A stretch of DNA of 64,000 nucleotides from Ruditapes philippinarum (lineage: Eukaryota): the NCBI RefSeq assembly GCF_026571515.1, contig NW_026863344.1, forward strand, positions 1 through 64,000. Direction: 5' to 3'. Both the position numbers and the translations under genes were made by a program. The notes under the pieces are model-generated. The model made no database searches. It was not told where the DNA came from and saw nothing but the letters and a program-made list of their open reading frames with translations. Of the stretch, positions 48,330 through 59,430 are shown piece after piece (position 1 is the stretch's first letter; each line of letters starts with the position of its first letter).

Positions 48330-49313
48330 ATTATAGCATAAAATCGGCTATTTTTCCCTATTTTGCCCATGTTATAACGGGACCAAAACCATGTGTTAAC
48401 ATAGTCACGCGCTCTTGTTATAGCCCGGTTTCACCTATGCGCAATACATACAGGGCCCAGTAAACAAACAAAAAAAATGACGATTTGGCCTGTTTGCCAA
48501 AGAGTCATGCGCTCTTGTTATATTGAAATTATGGATTCGAGGGCCTCAATCGCATTAAATACGGCGAGCAGCATTCAAGTAACTATGCCGGAAATACGGC
48601 GTATATACATCGCTGCTAATCTTGGTTGTCGCCCTTTCTAAGAAACGGACAGTTGTCAATGTAAACAAATTACTGGCATTCAGTTTAACCCTCCGATTAA
48701 CTTACAAAACAGGATAACACAAAATGAATATGAGAACATGTTGTTTTATTGATGCTTATGTTGATAAATGCTCTTTATATTTCTTTGAGAGAATAATGTT
48801 TAGTGCCTGATTTTTTTTATAAACTTGTGTGCTTGAAAAAACCCGATTCTGATGACGTGACTGATCTTTTTTCTACCGTCAATCTGAAATCATTCTAAGA
48901 ATTTCTGAGGGTCATGTTTTGTATTGGGAAGAGTAATGTAACGTTGTTGTTTTTTTTTCCTTGAGATAATATTTCTCCAATGTCAAGCTTTATAATATCA
49001 ATTAAAATTCAAAATTTCGTTCGGTTCGTTGTTGGCCCCGGAAAAATAAAACGTATACGTAAAACATGTAGAATTGGATAAATACCGTCCAAGCACAAGG
49101 ATTTAATGTATTGTGTTTTGTATTAAATATACATCATGAATCTGTTTTAAAATTTTATGCTATAATAGCGTCAACGCACGTTTATTTCGTGTTATAAAGT
49201 CTGCAGAGTCCCTCAGAACTGTTGGAGCCCTCGCCCTACCGGGCTCGGGGACCAACCGTTCCTCGGGACTCTGCAGACGTTATAACACGGAAAAACGTGC
49301 GTTAACCCTATAT
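48330..49313 (-). mobile_element. Copy 2 (inverted) of the ~980 bp hairpin element at 14788-15771
   Basis: The reverse complement aligns end to end with copy 1 with only scattered substitutions and homopolymer length changes; flanks differ. Confidence 0.88.
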
Positions 49314-49629
49314 TATAAATAAATTCAAAAATACAATCTGAATTATTTTAAAATATTTAAATGCATTTCATCTTTTTTGTCTTCTATTAACTGCAAACAT
49401 AAGGGAGAACATTCAAAATACGAAACCAGTGGTCATTATACATTACTCTCCTTGCATAAAAAGACGAAACAAAACAATAACAATACTTTTTATAAGTATT
49501 ATTATCCAATGTAATGACTTTACAGAACCAAGTTTTAGATCATGTGTGCATTAATTTATACTGATGAGATAACAAAAGGGAAATATTCAAAATCGAAAGT
49601 ATGAATTGAAATTCCACAATTTCCTTCCG

Positions 49630-50500
49630 TTAAGCTGCGGTCTCACTTACTCCCGGCAGAGCCCAGGACCACCCCGGTAAGTTACTAGGATGATCCTGGA
49701 CGATCCGGGGTGAAATTATTGTTGCGATCACACTAACCCCGGCAGCACTACAGTAATTCGCAACTAACCACTCAGGATGCGCTCCGGATGATCCAGGCAG
49801 AGCCCAGGAAGTGCCCCGGTTGACCAAGGCAGAGCCCCGATCGATCCGGGCAGAGCCCATGACGATCCAGGCAGAGTCCCGATAGAACCCAGGTGGATTG
49901 AAAACGCGCGAAAATTATTACATTGATACATATTTTTTATTTAATATTATATCTATTGTTCCAGAACAGTAATTCATGATGATTTTCTGAAAAATCCTTA
50001 TGCAAGACTAGATAAAAAGGAAATGGGAAGGGTTTTAATACAAACAAGTAAAATCATCGCAAATTGTCGTGATTCTTTTGAAATGAACCGGACTTTGCCG
50101 GGGCTCTACCGGGATCAAACGTAGCTCCATCGTTCTCTTCCGGCTCTGCCGGCATTCACCGGGGCTCTGTCGGCCTTAACCGGGGATCTGCCAGCATTCA
50201 ACGGGGCTCTACCGTATATCATGCCCGGGATCATCCCCGGTTTGTGTCGGCAGAGCTACGGTGCTTCCCCGGTGTAACCCCGGTCTTTTCCGGCAGAGCT
50301 AAGGATGAAGCCGGTAAAGCTATACTTCCCGGACCACCCCGGTGATATTAAATATTCTATTCCATTCGGGGTCGAATGCCGGATGTTCCCGGATCATCCC
50401 GGACGTTGCCGGCAGAGTTACGGATGCACTCCGGTTGTTCCCGGTCGAACCCCGGTCTTTCACGGATCACCCGGATAAAGGGTTCGAACCTACCATCACT
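49630..50500. mobile_element. GC-rich CCGG/GGCAGAGCCC-repeat DNA-transposon-like element
   Basis: Begins TTAAGCTGCGGTCTCACT; GGCAGAGCCC motifs on the left and GGGCTCTGCC-like motifs on the right of an AT-rich core; resembles 2260-3222. Confidence 0.5.
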
Positions 50501-51572
50501 TGAGACGAAAACATGCATATATTGATATGTTAGAGTTTTTAATAATTGTGTACGTTTTCGAATACTAAGATTAAACTTGCATTTTGATGGAAGCGGAAAA
50601 AAGCATTATGTATGGATAATGCTATCCTACGAAATGAAACAAGACTTGTTCGATGAAAGAATTATTTCAATCACTACTTTATTTACTGATTCGTTTATTT
50701 CCGAGGACATTTTGATTTTACTTTTCTTTTCTTTTTTGCGGAAAGATGCACAAAAACATGTTGACATATTCAATGTATAGCTATATCTTTTGTATGAATT
50801 TCTATGCGATAGACCTATATACAGAAGACTGACAGTACTTTTTTAGAAACACTTTTGGGCATTTTTTTCGATAAATCATTACAAATCTTGGTATGTAGTT
50901 TAACTAGCCGACTTTTTCTCAAGGTCATTCTTTTCGTTTTGTTTAATTGAGAATCTGTTCGCCGAACTTAACTCTAATAAAGAATTGTCACCCTGCGGCA
51001 ATTGTGTATGTTACAAAATATTAGTTCCATTGTTAAGAACTTTCTTTGTTTATACAAAATCAGAAATCAATGTATTAACATATTAAAAGTGTCCAGAAGT
51101 GAAGTTTGGCGGAACCTGCAGCACGTCTCCTACATTGCTTAATCAAGCAATTAAAAGTTAATTCAGCTTGTTTATGCGTTTGATCCCCATACATAATTTA
51201 TTTCATTGAAGGGAAGCAAATCCTAATATAAGTTTATTACTCTAAATGTTCCAGTTTTTACCCTTGTATTTTTTGGATAATTTTCAAATAGATAGATAGA
51301 TTGTATAACAATCCAAATAAGGGAGTTAACAATTTTAATAAAACATTTTGAAATAATGTAACATGATATGTAATAATATAATATAATACTTATAACACTT
51401 AATACTTAGCATTTGTCTGTATATATTAAAGTATGATAAATAAGGCTGAGCAATTGTTTTGATTTTTTTCATATGTTTGAATATATGTTCCAATAGATAG
51501 ATACTCATAAGCATAGTTCTACTATTGTGATTTATGTTACACTCCAGTAGCGATTTCGCGATATTGCTTACA

Positions 51573-53552
51573 CTAATAGTCACGTTTTCCGTACTTATAA
51601 ACTCGTACGGTAGCGTTTCCGTCACCTATCCAAAGGTTACCAGTTTTGTCCAGCGCCATCGCATTCGGCTTGAAAAGTCCATCTTTTTGCGATAGAATGA
51701 AGCCAAGGAATTCCCCTTCACCATTTACCATATGGACGCAATGATTTCCCCAGTCAGAAACTAATAAGTTATTTGCCCTGTCACAACAGAGGCCTAATGG
51801 GTTAAAAGGTTGTTTCGTTTTCACCTCTGTAGGTCCAGTATAAACAAACTTACGGCATCCTTCTTGGTCAATTCTTATTACTCGCAACTTTCCCTCTTCT
51901 CTATCGGTAACGCACAATTCTCTGTTAGGTGCTTCCGAAATTCTATATGGTGCTCCGAACAAAACCGTGTCACCGTCTTCGTCGATTTCATCAATGTTCA
52001 TTCCATATTCCGACATTTTCATTAAACATCGATAGGAGTGAGCAGCCCGACGTGTTGTATAACTGTCTACCGCGCACACAAATAGTTCCTTCCTTTTCGT
52101 CATTACCATTCCGCCAGGATAAAGGTGAGGCATCGCGAAGTCACACACAACATGTTCTTTATTAATCTTGCGGATATACTTATCCTCATAACTTGACACA
52201 AGAATTTCACCAGATGGTGTGACACACATATGATCAACCTGAATATCAAGTGTCACCTTTTTCTTTCTTTCACCTGTTATGGAATATAGATAAACATCTT
52301 TTGATCCCCATCCGCAACAGATCCATGCCTCTTTATCTGAAATAGGAGCTATCGCTTGTACAGTATCTGCTGTACTTTTAACTTTGAATGCTGCTATTGA
52401 GCACATTTCAAACTCTTTAGCTACACGAATTCCCCACGGGACAGGCAATGTGGGCAGCGCAATTTCTCCTTTGGTAATTTGACCAAACAGTTTTGTTAAT
52501 GAATCAAACTTAAGTCCTCCAGGTACGAAGCCAACGGTTGCAACGGTGTCACGTGACAATGATGGGAGTTCGTCTTCTACCTGCATAAATCTTTTCTGTA
52601 TTTGCTTGGATGACTCGATCACGTTTATATCACTCCCAATTTTAAGAATTCTTTCTGCAGATGCAGCAACAGTAGCTATTGATTTGTAAGTGTTGATGAT
52701 GTTCTTCGCCTCCTTGTTCAAATCGTCAGATTCTACTTTATGTTTTTCTTTGACTTCATTTATAATTTGCTGTCCTATCTTTTCAATTTCCCTCTGCAAG
52801 AATTTTGATCTTGCTTGGATATCTTTAATAGTATTCTCCAAGTCTTTGTCTAGTTCTTTTTGTCCCTTTCGAACCTGTTTCACAAAATCTTCAAACTCGG
52901 GGAGATATTCTTTGATAGCACCTAGAAAATGAGTTAAAGATCCACGTATTGATTTTGCCATTTCTGCAGTTTCTTGAACGGCATGTGTTTTGTGCTTGTC
53001 GTCCTTACATTTTACACATATATTTATTTTACATTTTGTACAAAAGACGTTAACTTCTTGGTCTGAATGTTTGTTGCAAAAGCTCATCTGCGTTAGTTTT
53101 GTGGAAGGGGTTGGTTTGTTTTGTGTACATACAGGTTGTTCAACAAATTCCAGGAAATGATGAACTTGGTCCGATTCCGGATTACAATGTTTTTCTTTAC
53201 ATATTTTGCATAGATTAACATCACAGTTGAGACATCTGCTATGTGCAAGTTCCTTATCCGGACAAATATCGCATTCAGACGTAGTTGTAAGCTTCCCAAG
53301 ATCTTGGCGTGCCTTGATGTAAAAGTCTTTTGCAATCGCACTGAGACCGTCTTTCGGAATGAGCATCTCTTTCTGACATAATGGACATAGAAGGGTTTTC
53401 TTCCATTTGTTCTTAGTCACGTGTTCCTGTAAACATTCCATGCAAAAAGAATGTAAACAATTAAGAAGACGTGGATCACGATATGGCTTAACACATTGTC
53501 CACACCTAAGCTCGTCCCCTTGTGAATTATTCTCCTCTTTCTTCGATGACAT
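51573..53552 (-). CDS. TRIM-family putative E3 ubiquitin ligase (RING, B-box1, B-box2, coiled coil, NHL-like beta-propeller), 659 aa, single coding exon
   Basis: C3HC4 RING (CGQC...CLHSFCMEC...CPLC), two Cys/His B-boxes (CDIC...CLNC...CKIC; CNKH...CTKC...CVKC...H..H), a helical region and NHL-like repeats (PFNPLGLCCD...LLVSDWGNHCVHM; KPNAMALD..GNLWIGD). First ATG at 53552; an upstream TTCTGTAG acceptor near 53793 implies a non-coding 5' exon. Confidence 0.9.
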   Translation of the reverse strand: MSSKKEENNSQGDELRCGQCVKPYRDPRLLNCLHSFCMECLQEHVTKNKWKKTLLCPLCQKEMLIPKDGLSAIAKDFYIKARQDLGKLTTTSECDICPDKELAHSRCLNCDVNLCKICKEKHCNPESDQVHHFLEFVEQPVCTQNKPTPSTKLTQMSFCNKHSDQEVNVFCTKCKINICVKCKDDKHKTHAVQETAEMAKSIRGSLTHFLGAIKEYLPEFEDFVKQVRKGQKELDKDLENTIKDIQARSKFLQREIEKIGQQIINEVKEKHKVESDDLNKEAKNIINTYKSIATVAASAERILKIGSDINVIESSKQIQKRFMQVEDELPSLSRDTVATVGFVPGGLKFDSLTKLFGQITKGEIALPTLPVPWGIRVAKEFEMCSIAAFKVKSTADTVQAIAPISDKEAWICCGWGSKDVYLYSITGERKKKVTLDIQVDHMCVTPSGEILVSSYEDKYIRKINKEHVVCDFAMPHLYPGGMVMTKRKELFVCAVDSYTTRRAAHSYRCLMKMSEYGMNIDEIDEDGDTVLFGAPYRISEAPNRELCVTDREEGKLRVIRIDQEGCRKFVYTGPTEVKTKQPFNPLGLCCDRANNLLVSDWGNHCVHMVNGEGEFLGFILSQKDGLFKPNAMALDKTGNLWIGDGNATVRVYKYGKRDY

Positions 53553-55580
53553 TTTATTCTTTTTCCTAGTTTCTGGTTGAAACAAATTATTAGTCTTAGC
53601 TTCTCTATACTTCTTTCGTGTCTGCAAGTATTCTGTTTCTTTTTTATAAGTTTTAATACATTAAGTTTCGTATAATGTGATATTATATTCCTTCAAATAA
53701 ATGTTTTTTTTCGCTATAACAATTTACCGAATCACGAGTGTAACTGTTTGGTGTCAGTTAGTATAACTAGAACGATCCCACAGCAATGTCACCTACAGAA
53801 CCGATAAAATCAATAGTCTTTGGCACTTTTTATTTCATTTTAGAACTAAATTCCACACACCAAGCTGCGACTTGAATGTTAACTTTTCGTCAAGCACTTG
53901 TTATCGAGCGTAAAATAATCATTTGGCCTATACTTGAATTATTATCACATAATATTCCAAATAAATTGTTCTACGTGTTTGTAAAATGTTTGCAATCCTG
54001 AGATATTAGTATTAAATCAGATATCTGGAATGCAGTCCAATATGTCAACTACGCATTAATAGATTGGATCGCTTAGTTTCAAATATTGCCAATGTGTGTT
54101 TATATGAAGCTTTTATCTGTAACATGTTTAAAGTCAAGAATGAAATTTAATACCCGTATCACACTCAATAAAGCTTATAATAATCAATTCTTTATCAATT
54201 TATGTAAGAGGTTCTTCGCTCTTTTGTGATGGAAGTATAAAGGTAATATAAACATTTTATCTGGTTTGAATAAATTAAACATATTCTTTTGTTCAGATCA
54301 CGGAAAAAGGCCATTTATTTCTCATCTCAATTCTTTTCATTTTAATATTCTACTGTCAAAATACTACATTTATCATTTACAGGCATTCATTAATTGTACT
54401 GAATAATTTCTTACACAAATGTAAACTTTTTGTTGTTGTTGTACATTAAAGTAATTAAAATCTAATAAGATAAAGTTTTAAAATTATTGCTTAGGGTAAA
54501 ACACCAATTTAAAAAGACATGTTACTGATCTCTTTTTTTTACTTTTGAATTACAAATAATTGAAAAATTTAAACCTGTCTCGCATTTTATTCTAATCTCG
54601 TTTTCAATGGAAAGACAATCTAATAAATTGACCCTTAATCAATCTGCAAGCAACGGATTCTCAACTTAACATATAACTTTTATTATGATTAGATACTAAC
54701 ATGTAAATTCTAAGAAAAAACAACAACAATAATCAATGAAAAAGCAATAAAAACAAAAAGAAACAACGCACGCCTGTTCCCCACAGATCACTAGATCAAA
54801 GATCTTAGACTTGTGAGTTAGAAACTTGGAGTCCAATGTATTCGTATATGACGGCGTCAGTCGGTTAGGCAATGGTGATATAGAATAATGTGCACAACAA
54901 GGGTTTGTATACTACTAAATACGACTATAAATGACAACTAAATTCAAACAAACAAACGAACGAACTAATAAACAAGCAAGCAATGATATACAAATACAAG
55001 GTTTATTTAATTATTATACTATGTTCATACACACAAATAGGAAATTAACGGACTGATATCAAATTCAATTGCAGGGCCTCCTTTATCATACGTTGCTTCC
55101 ATTGACGCAGACGATATTGATATTTAACTATGAGCTTGAATAGATCGTTTTGAATTTTTTCCAATATTATCAAAATGAACTCTTTATAGTTCCATTGAAG
55201 TTAATAATTGTAGCTGCATGCTTTAATTGTGTGGCATTTTGTCCTTGGCGTATCGAACACGTGGTTCAATGTTATATACTAACATTTACACAAATCTGTC
55301 TAGTTTGTTCTCTTTTGTTTGCAAGATATTGTCTAACTTATGATAATATTATTTTAATTGATGTATAGCTGTTTGCTTTTAGATTGATAAAAGCGATATG
55401 ACATTTAACTATTATAATAATTGCTAAGTATGTAATAAAATACTTAGTATTTGAAATTGTAATTGAATATATGAAAGCCTTCAAAGTTATTAAAGATATT
55501 TGAGGAGTACATAAAGTTAAAAAGAATTAGCCTGGCCGTTGATGTGAAATATGTGTTGTATTTATGATACATCAGCGTTG

Positions 55581-55809
55581 TTTTTGTTTTGGGTTTTACG
55601 TCACATCGACACAGTATAGGCCTTCCAGCTTTACTGGTGGAGGAAGACCTCAGGTGCCCTTCCGTGCATTATTTCGACGTTACGTAAGCTAGCTGGATAG
55701 CTTCCTCACATGAAAGAATCCAAAGTCCCTGTCGGGATTCGAACCCACAGCGGTGAGGGGCAAGTGGTTTGAAGTCAAGGACCTTAACCACTCGGCTACG
55801 GACGCCCCA
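55581..55809 (-). mobile_element. Well-preserved tRNA-derived SINE with a 12 bp target site duplication
   Basis: A box TAGCCGAGTGG, B box GGTTCGAATCC, A-rich tail; flanked by ACATCAGCGTTG at 55569-55580 and 55810-55821. Confidence 0.9.
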
Positions 55810-56039
55810 ACATCAGCGTTGAATATAACTTTTGAAGTAACACAACAACATGACACAAGTGTTCATCTTTAATTATTTAAAAGGGCAGAAAGGAAGGGAG
55901 ATAATATTTTTTAGTATTTTTATATAATGGTAATAATTGCTCCCCTTTTTGTTATCAATATATTTTTGTTTGGCATGTGATTAATGTATTACTCTACGTG
56001 TTATGGTTGTTTCACAAATGTCTTACGTAACCATTTATC

Positions 56040-57667
56040 TACGGTTTAAGCCACCGTGACACACACAGAACTCGGAACAATGAAAACACGAAATAACTAT
56101 TGTGAAAAGTTGAAATAACGAATCTACACTGATGAAAAGTCAAATCTACACTGATGAAAAGTCGAAAGTTTGATGCTAAGAAATCGAAATCGTGAAAAAT
56201 CGATATTATTTCGATTTTTCACTATCGTACTTTCGACTTTTTACCATCGAGATTTCGATAATTCGACTTTACATCATCACACTTTCGACTTTTCATCATC
56301 GTAGTATCGTATTTTCACCATCGTACAGGTCTTCAACTCCTAAGACTTGTCACCAAACTACCTAAGACTTTTCACTTTCCTGTTAAGCATACGCATTGAA
56401 TGAAAATTTATAAAAAGATGTCATCCGATTCTGAAGAAGGTTCGTATTTAAAGGGATTTTATAAAATAATCTATAAGATATCTTTATGACCTCTTGAAAA
56501 TGAATCAGAATTTACACTTAGTTAAACTAAATTAAAATCTAATAATAATAAAAATACGAAACCACGATAGTGAAAACTCCATATAATTTCGTGTTTATAT
56601 CATCGTATTTTCGACTTTTTATCATCGTATTTTCCACTTTTCAACATCGTGATTCCGTTATTTCGACTTTTCATAATCGTAGTTTCAACTTTTCATCATC
56701 GTGGTTTCGACTTTTCATTATCGTAGCTTCGTGTTTCCACCATCGTATCTTCAACTTTTCACAATCGTACCTCCGACTTTTCACCATCGTACCTTCAACA
56801 TATTACTATCGTAGTGTGCCTTCCTGTTGAAATCTATATAAACATGTCACACGATTCTGAATCAAATAATCTATGAGACATCTTTTTGATATAAAAAATA
56901 AATCTTAGTTTTACTATATCAAGAACTATGCAGATCTATGGTCAACATCCGGCGATGAAAAGTCGAAACCACAATGATGAAAAGTCGGATTATCGAAACC
57001 ACAATGATGAAAATCGGAGTATCGAAACCACAATGATGAAAATCGGAGTATCGAAAACACGATGATGAAAAGTCGGAGTATCGAAACCACGAAAATGAAA
57101 AGTCGGAGTATCGAAACCACAATAATGAAAAGTCGGAGTATCGAAACCATGATGAAAAGTCGGAGTATCGAAACCACAATGATGAAAAGTCGGAGTATCG
57201 AAACCACGATGATGAAAAGTCGGAGTATCGAAACCACAATGATGAAAAGTCGGAGTATCGAAACCACAATGATGAAAAGTCGGAGTATCGAAACCACAAT
57301 GATGAAAAGTCGGAGTATCGAAACCACGATGGTGAAAAGTCGGAGTATCGAAACCACAATGATGAAAAGTCGGAGTATCGAAACCACGATGGTGAAAAGT
57401 ATAAAATACGATGGTGAAAAGTAAAAAATACGGTGGTGAAAAGTCAAAAGTATGATGTTGAAAATGCGAAATAACGAAACAACGAAACCAAGATGGTGAA
57501 AGCTCAACAGTACGATGGTGAAGAATCGAAATAATCGAGTTTTATACCATCGTGGTTTCGTTATTTCGACTTTTCACCATCGTTATTTCGTGTTTCGTTA
57601 TTTGTTATCGTTATTTCGTGTTATCGTTATTTCGAGTTATATCACGATGGCTCTAACGAGACACTGT
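56040..57667. mobile_element. Satellite-bearing MITE-like element with GATGAAAAGTCG-type repeats in alternating orientation
   Basis: Left AGCCACCGTGA and right TCACGATGGCT are imperfectly inverted; the interior is built from GATGAAAAGTCGAA / TTCGACTTTTCATCATCG units. Confidence 0.6.
56953..57400. repeat. 30 bp minisatellite (GATGAAAAGTCGGAGTATCGAAACCACAAT), about 14 units
   Basis: Head-to-tail near-identical units without spacers. Confidence 0.95.
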
Positions 57668-58789
57668 TTTGAATAGACAAATTACATGAATTAGGTATAT
57701 TCTCTTTCAGTTTCTTTTGTAACACAGGCCTCCGAGATTTTTTTTAGTTCTTATAAACTGTTTTCTAGGGGTGATTTCAGATGAGAAGGTCGTAATTAGT
57801 GATAATATAGAGAAAAAATTATAACTCCTACAGCGCTAGATTGGATTTGGAATTGAGTTATCTTTCTTTGCAAAATTTATGTTTTTGGTCACGTGTAACT
57901 TTAATATAGTTTCAATACTCGTATAATATAATAACAATATTATTTTCACACACTAATTTTTTGTATAGACTTTACAATAAAAAAGTTACTTTAACCTCTG
58001 AAAAAGGTCATTCAAAATAGGATTTCGTTTAATTTTACGCTCAAATAACTTTATATGCATGCACATATGAGAGAAAAAATAATTTCTTTTAAATTGCACA
58101 TGAAACCTTAAAAAAATAATAAGAAATTTGTCATTTTCGAAAATAGACTTACGCGGAAGACGTACAGTAATTGCGTATTGTCTATTTTTGTTTTGGTTTT
58201 AGTATTGGTAGTAAGTACATAACGAAATATTTGTGGTTTCACATATCACATTGTGTTTGGGCGCTATTGTAGTATAGTTTATGTTTGTATTTCATTCATA
58301 ATTTCTGTCTATACAGAAGGTGCTTTTTCACGTTAAGTGTTGTTCTCATTTGGTTAGTATATTATTTCGTTGTTTTGTTGTTGTTGCTGTTTTTTTAATT
58401 GTTTTTTATTTTATTTTTATTTTTTTGTATTTGTTCCACTGTGTTTAGCTTGTTAGCGCTTTAGGTTAGTAATAATTTTTATTAATTTATTTGAAGTGAA
58501 GACATGTTATTATAATATACTATAAAAATGAATGTGTATGTCTCGGTTGGCTTATATTTCTTTTTCACAGGGAAATATTTAAATATCGTCTTAAAGAAAT
58601 GTCTCAATATGAAACCGAAAAGATTTCTTTAAAACAATAAATTGACTTCATCTTTTGAAACATTTAAGATGTTACTCAATATTTGTGACGTTCCGAAGGA
58701 AACCGTATATGAATCTGGTTCGAAACAGGTATGTGTGATGATTATAAAAATCTTAATGCAGGAAATTAATTTGTGAGATAAGAGAAAAA

Positions 58790-59430
58790 ATATGGGAACC
58801 GGTAAATTGAATTTGTGACACTAAAAGTAAACTTATAAAAAACTGGTCTATTTGACACTTAAAACAACTTACAGGGAAACTGGTATTTAATTCAAATGAA
58901 AATTTATGGTCACTGTTTAGGTAAAGCTATTAAGGGGGAAATTTATATTTGGGGTGTATGTTGAACATAATATGAATTTTTATACTTTTAAGCTATCGAG
59001 GTTTATGGCTTACAGCTTTAAAAGGCTTTTTACGCTTAAAGAGGATTCTAGTTTATATTGTAACTAGCTTATCAAGAAACTGTTGATTGTGTGAAAAATG
59101 AGGACGGCATTTTGTATAAAGGAAACCTATAGAAAGTAAAAATATACTGGTATTTGCAATGAAACTTAGGGACTTTTTTAAAATACTATAGGGAAACTTG
59201 AAAAGTATTTGAACGATATGTCTTAAAGAAACGTAAAGGGACACTGGCATTTGCGACGTTTAAAGAAAACCTAAAGCCGTATAGGGAAACAAATATCGTG
59301 ATGCTTAAAGAAAACTAATAGGGAAAATGATTTGTGTGACTTATAGGGAAAATTTGTAATTATAACATCTAAAGAAACTTACAGGGGTCCTTGTATTTTT
59401 GACGTTTTAAGGAAAATAAAGCGAAAATTG
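58790..59430. repeat. Highly degenerate ~37 bp minisatellite
   Basis: Recurrent TATAGGGAAA.TG.TATTTGTGAC..TTAAAGAAACT-like units. Confidence 0.5.

Noticed and set aside
53553-53627. TTG-initiated N-terminal extension of the TRIM ORF
   Set aside because: Artefact of the ORF caller's alternative starts; the ATG at 53552 precedes the RING domain.
55735-55809. Functional tRNA gene (also ~24435-24513 and ~38597-38675)
   Set aside because: A/B boxes are followed by a shared SINE body and A-rich tail, with a TSD at the 55581-55809 copy; no complete acceptor stem.
56953-57400. 30 bp repeats as a CRISPR array or a repeat protein (MKSRSIETT / WFRYSDFSS ORFs)
   Set aside because: Head-to-tail units with no unique spacers, no cas genes and a eukaryotic context; the ORFs arise because the unit length is a multiple of 3.
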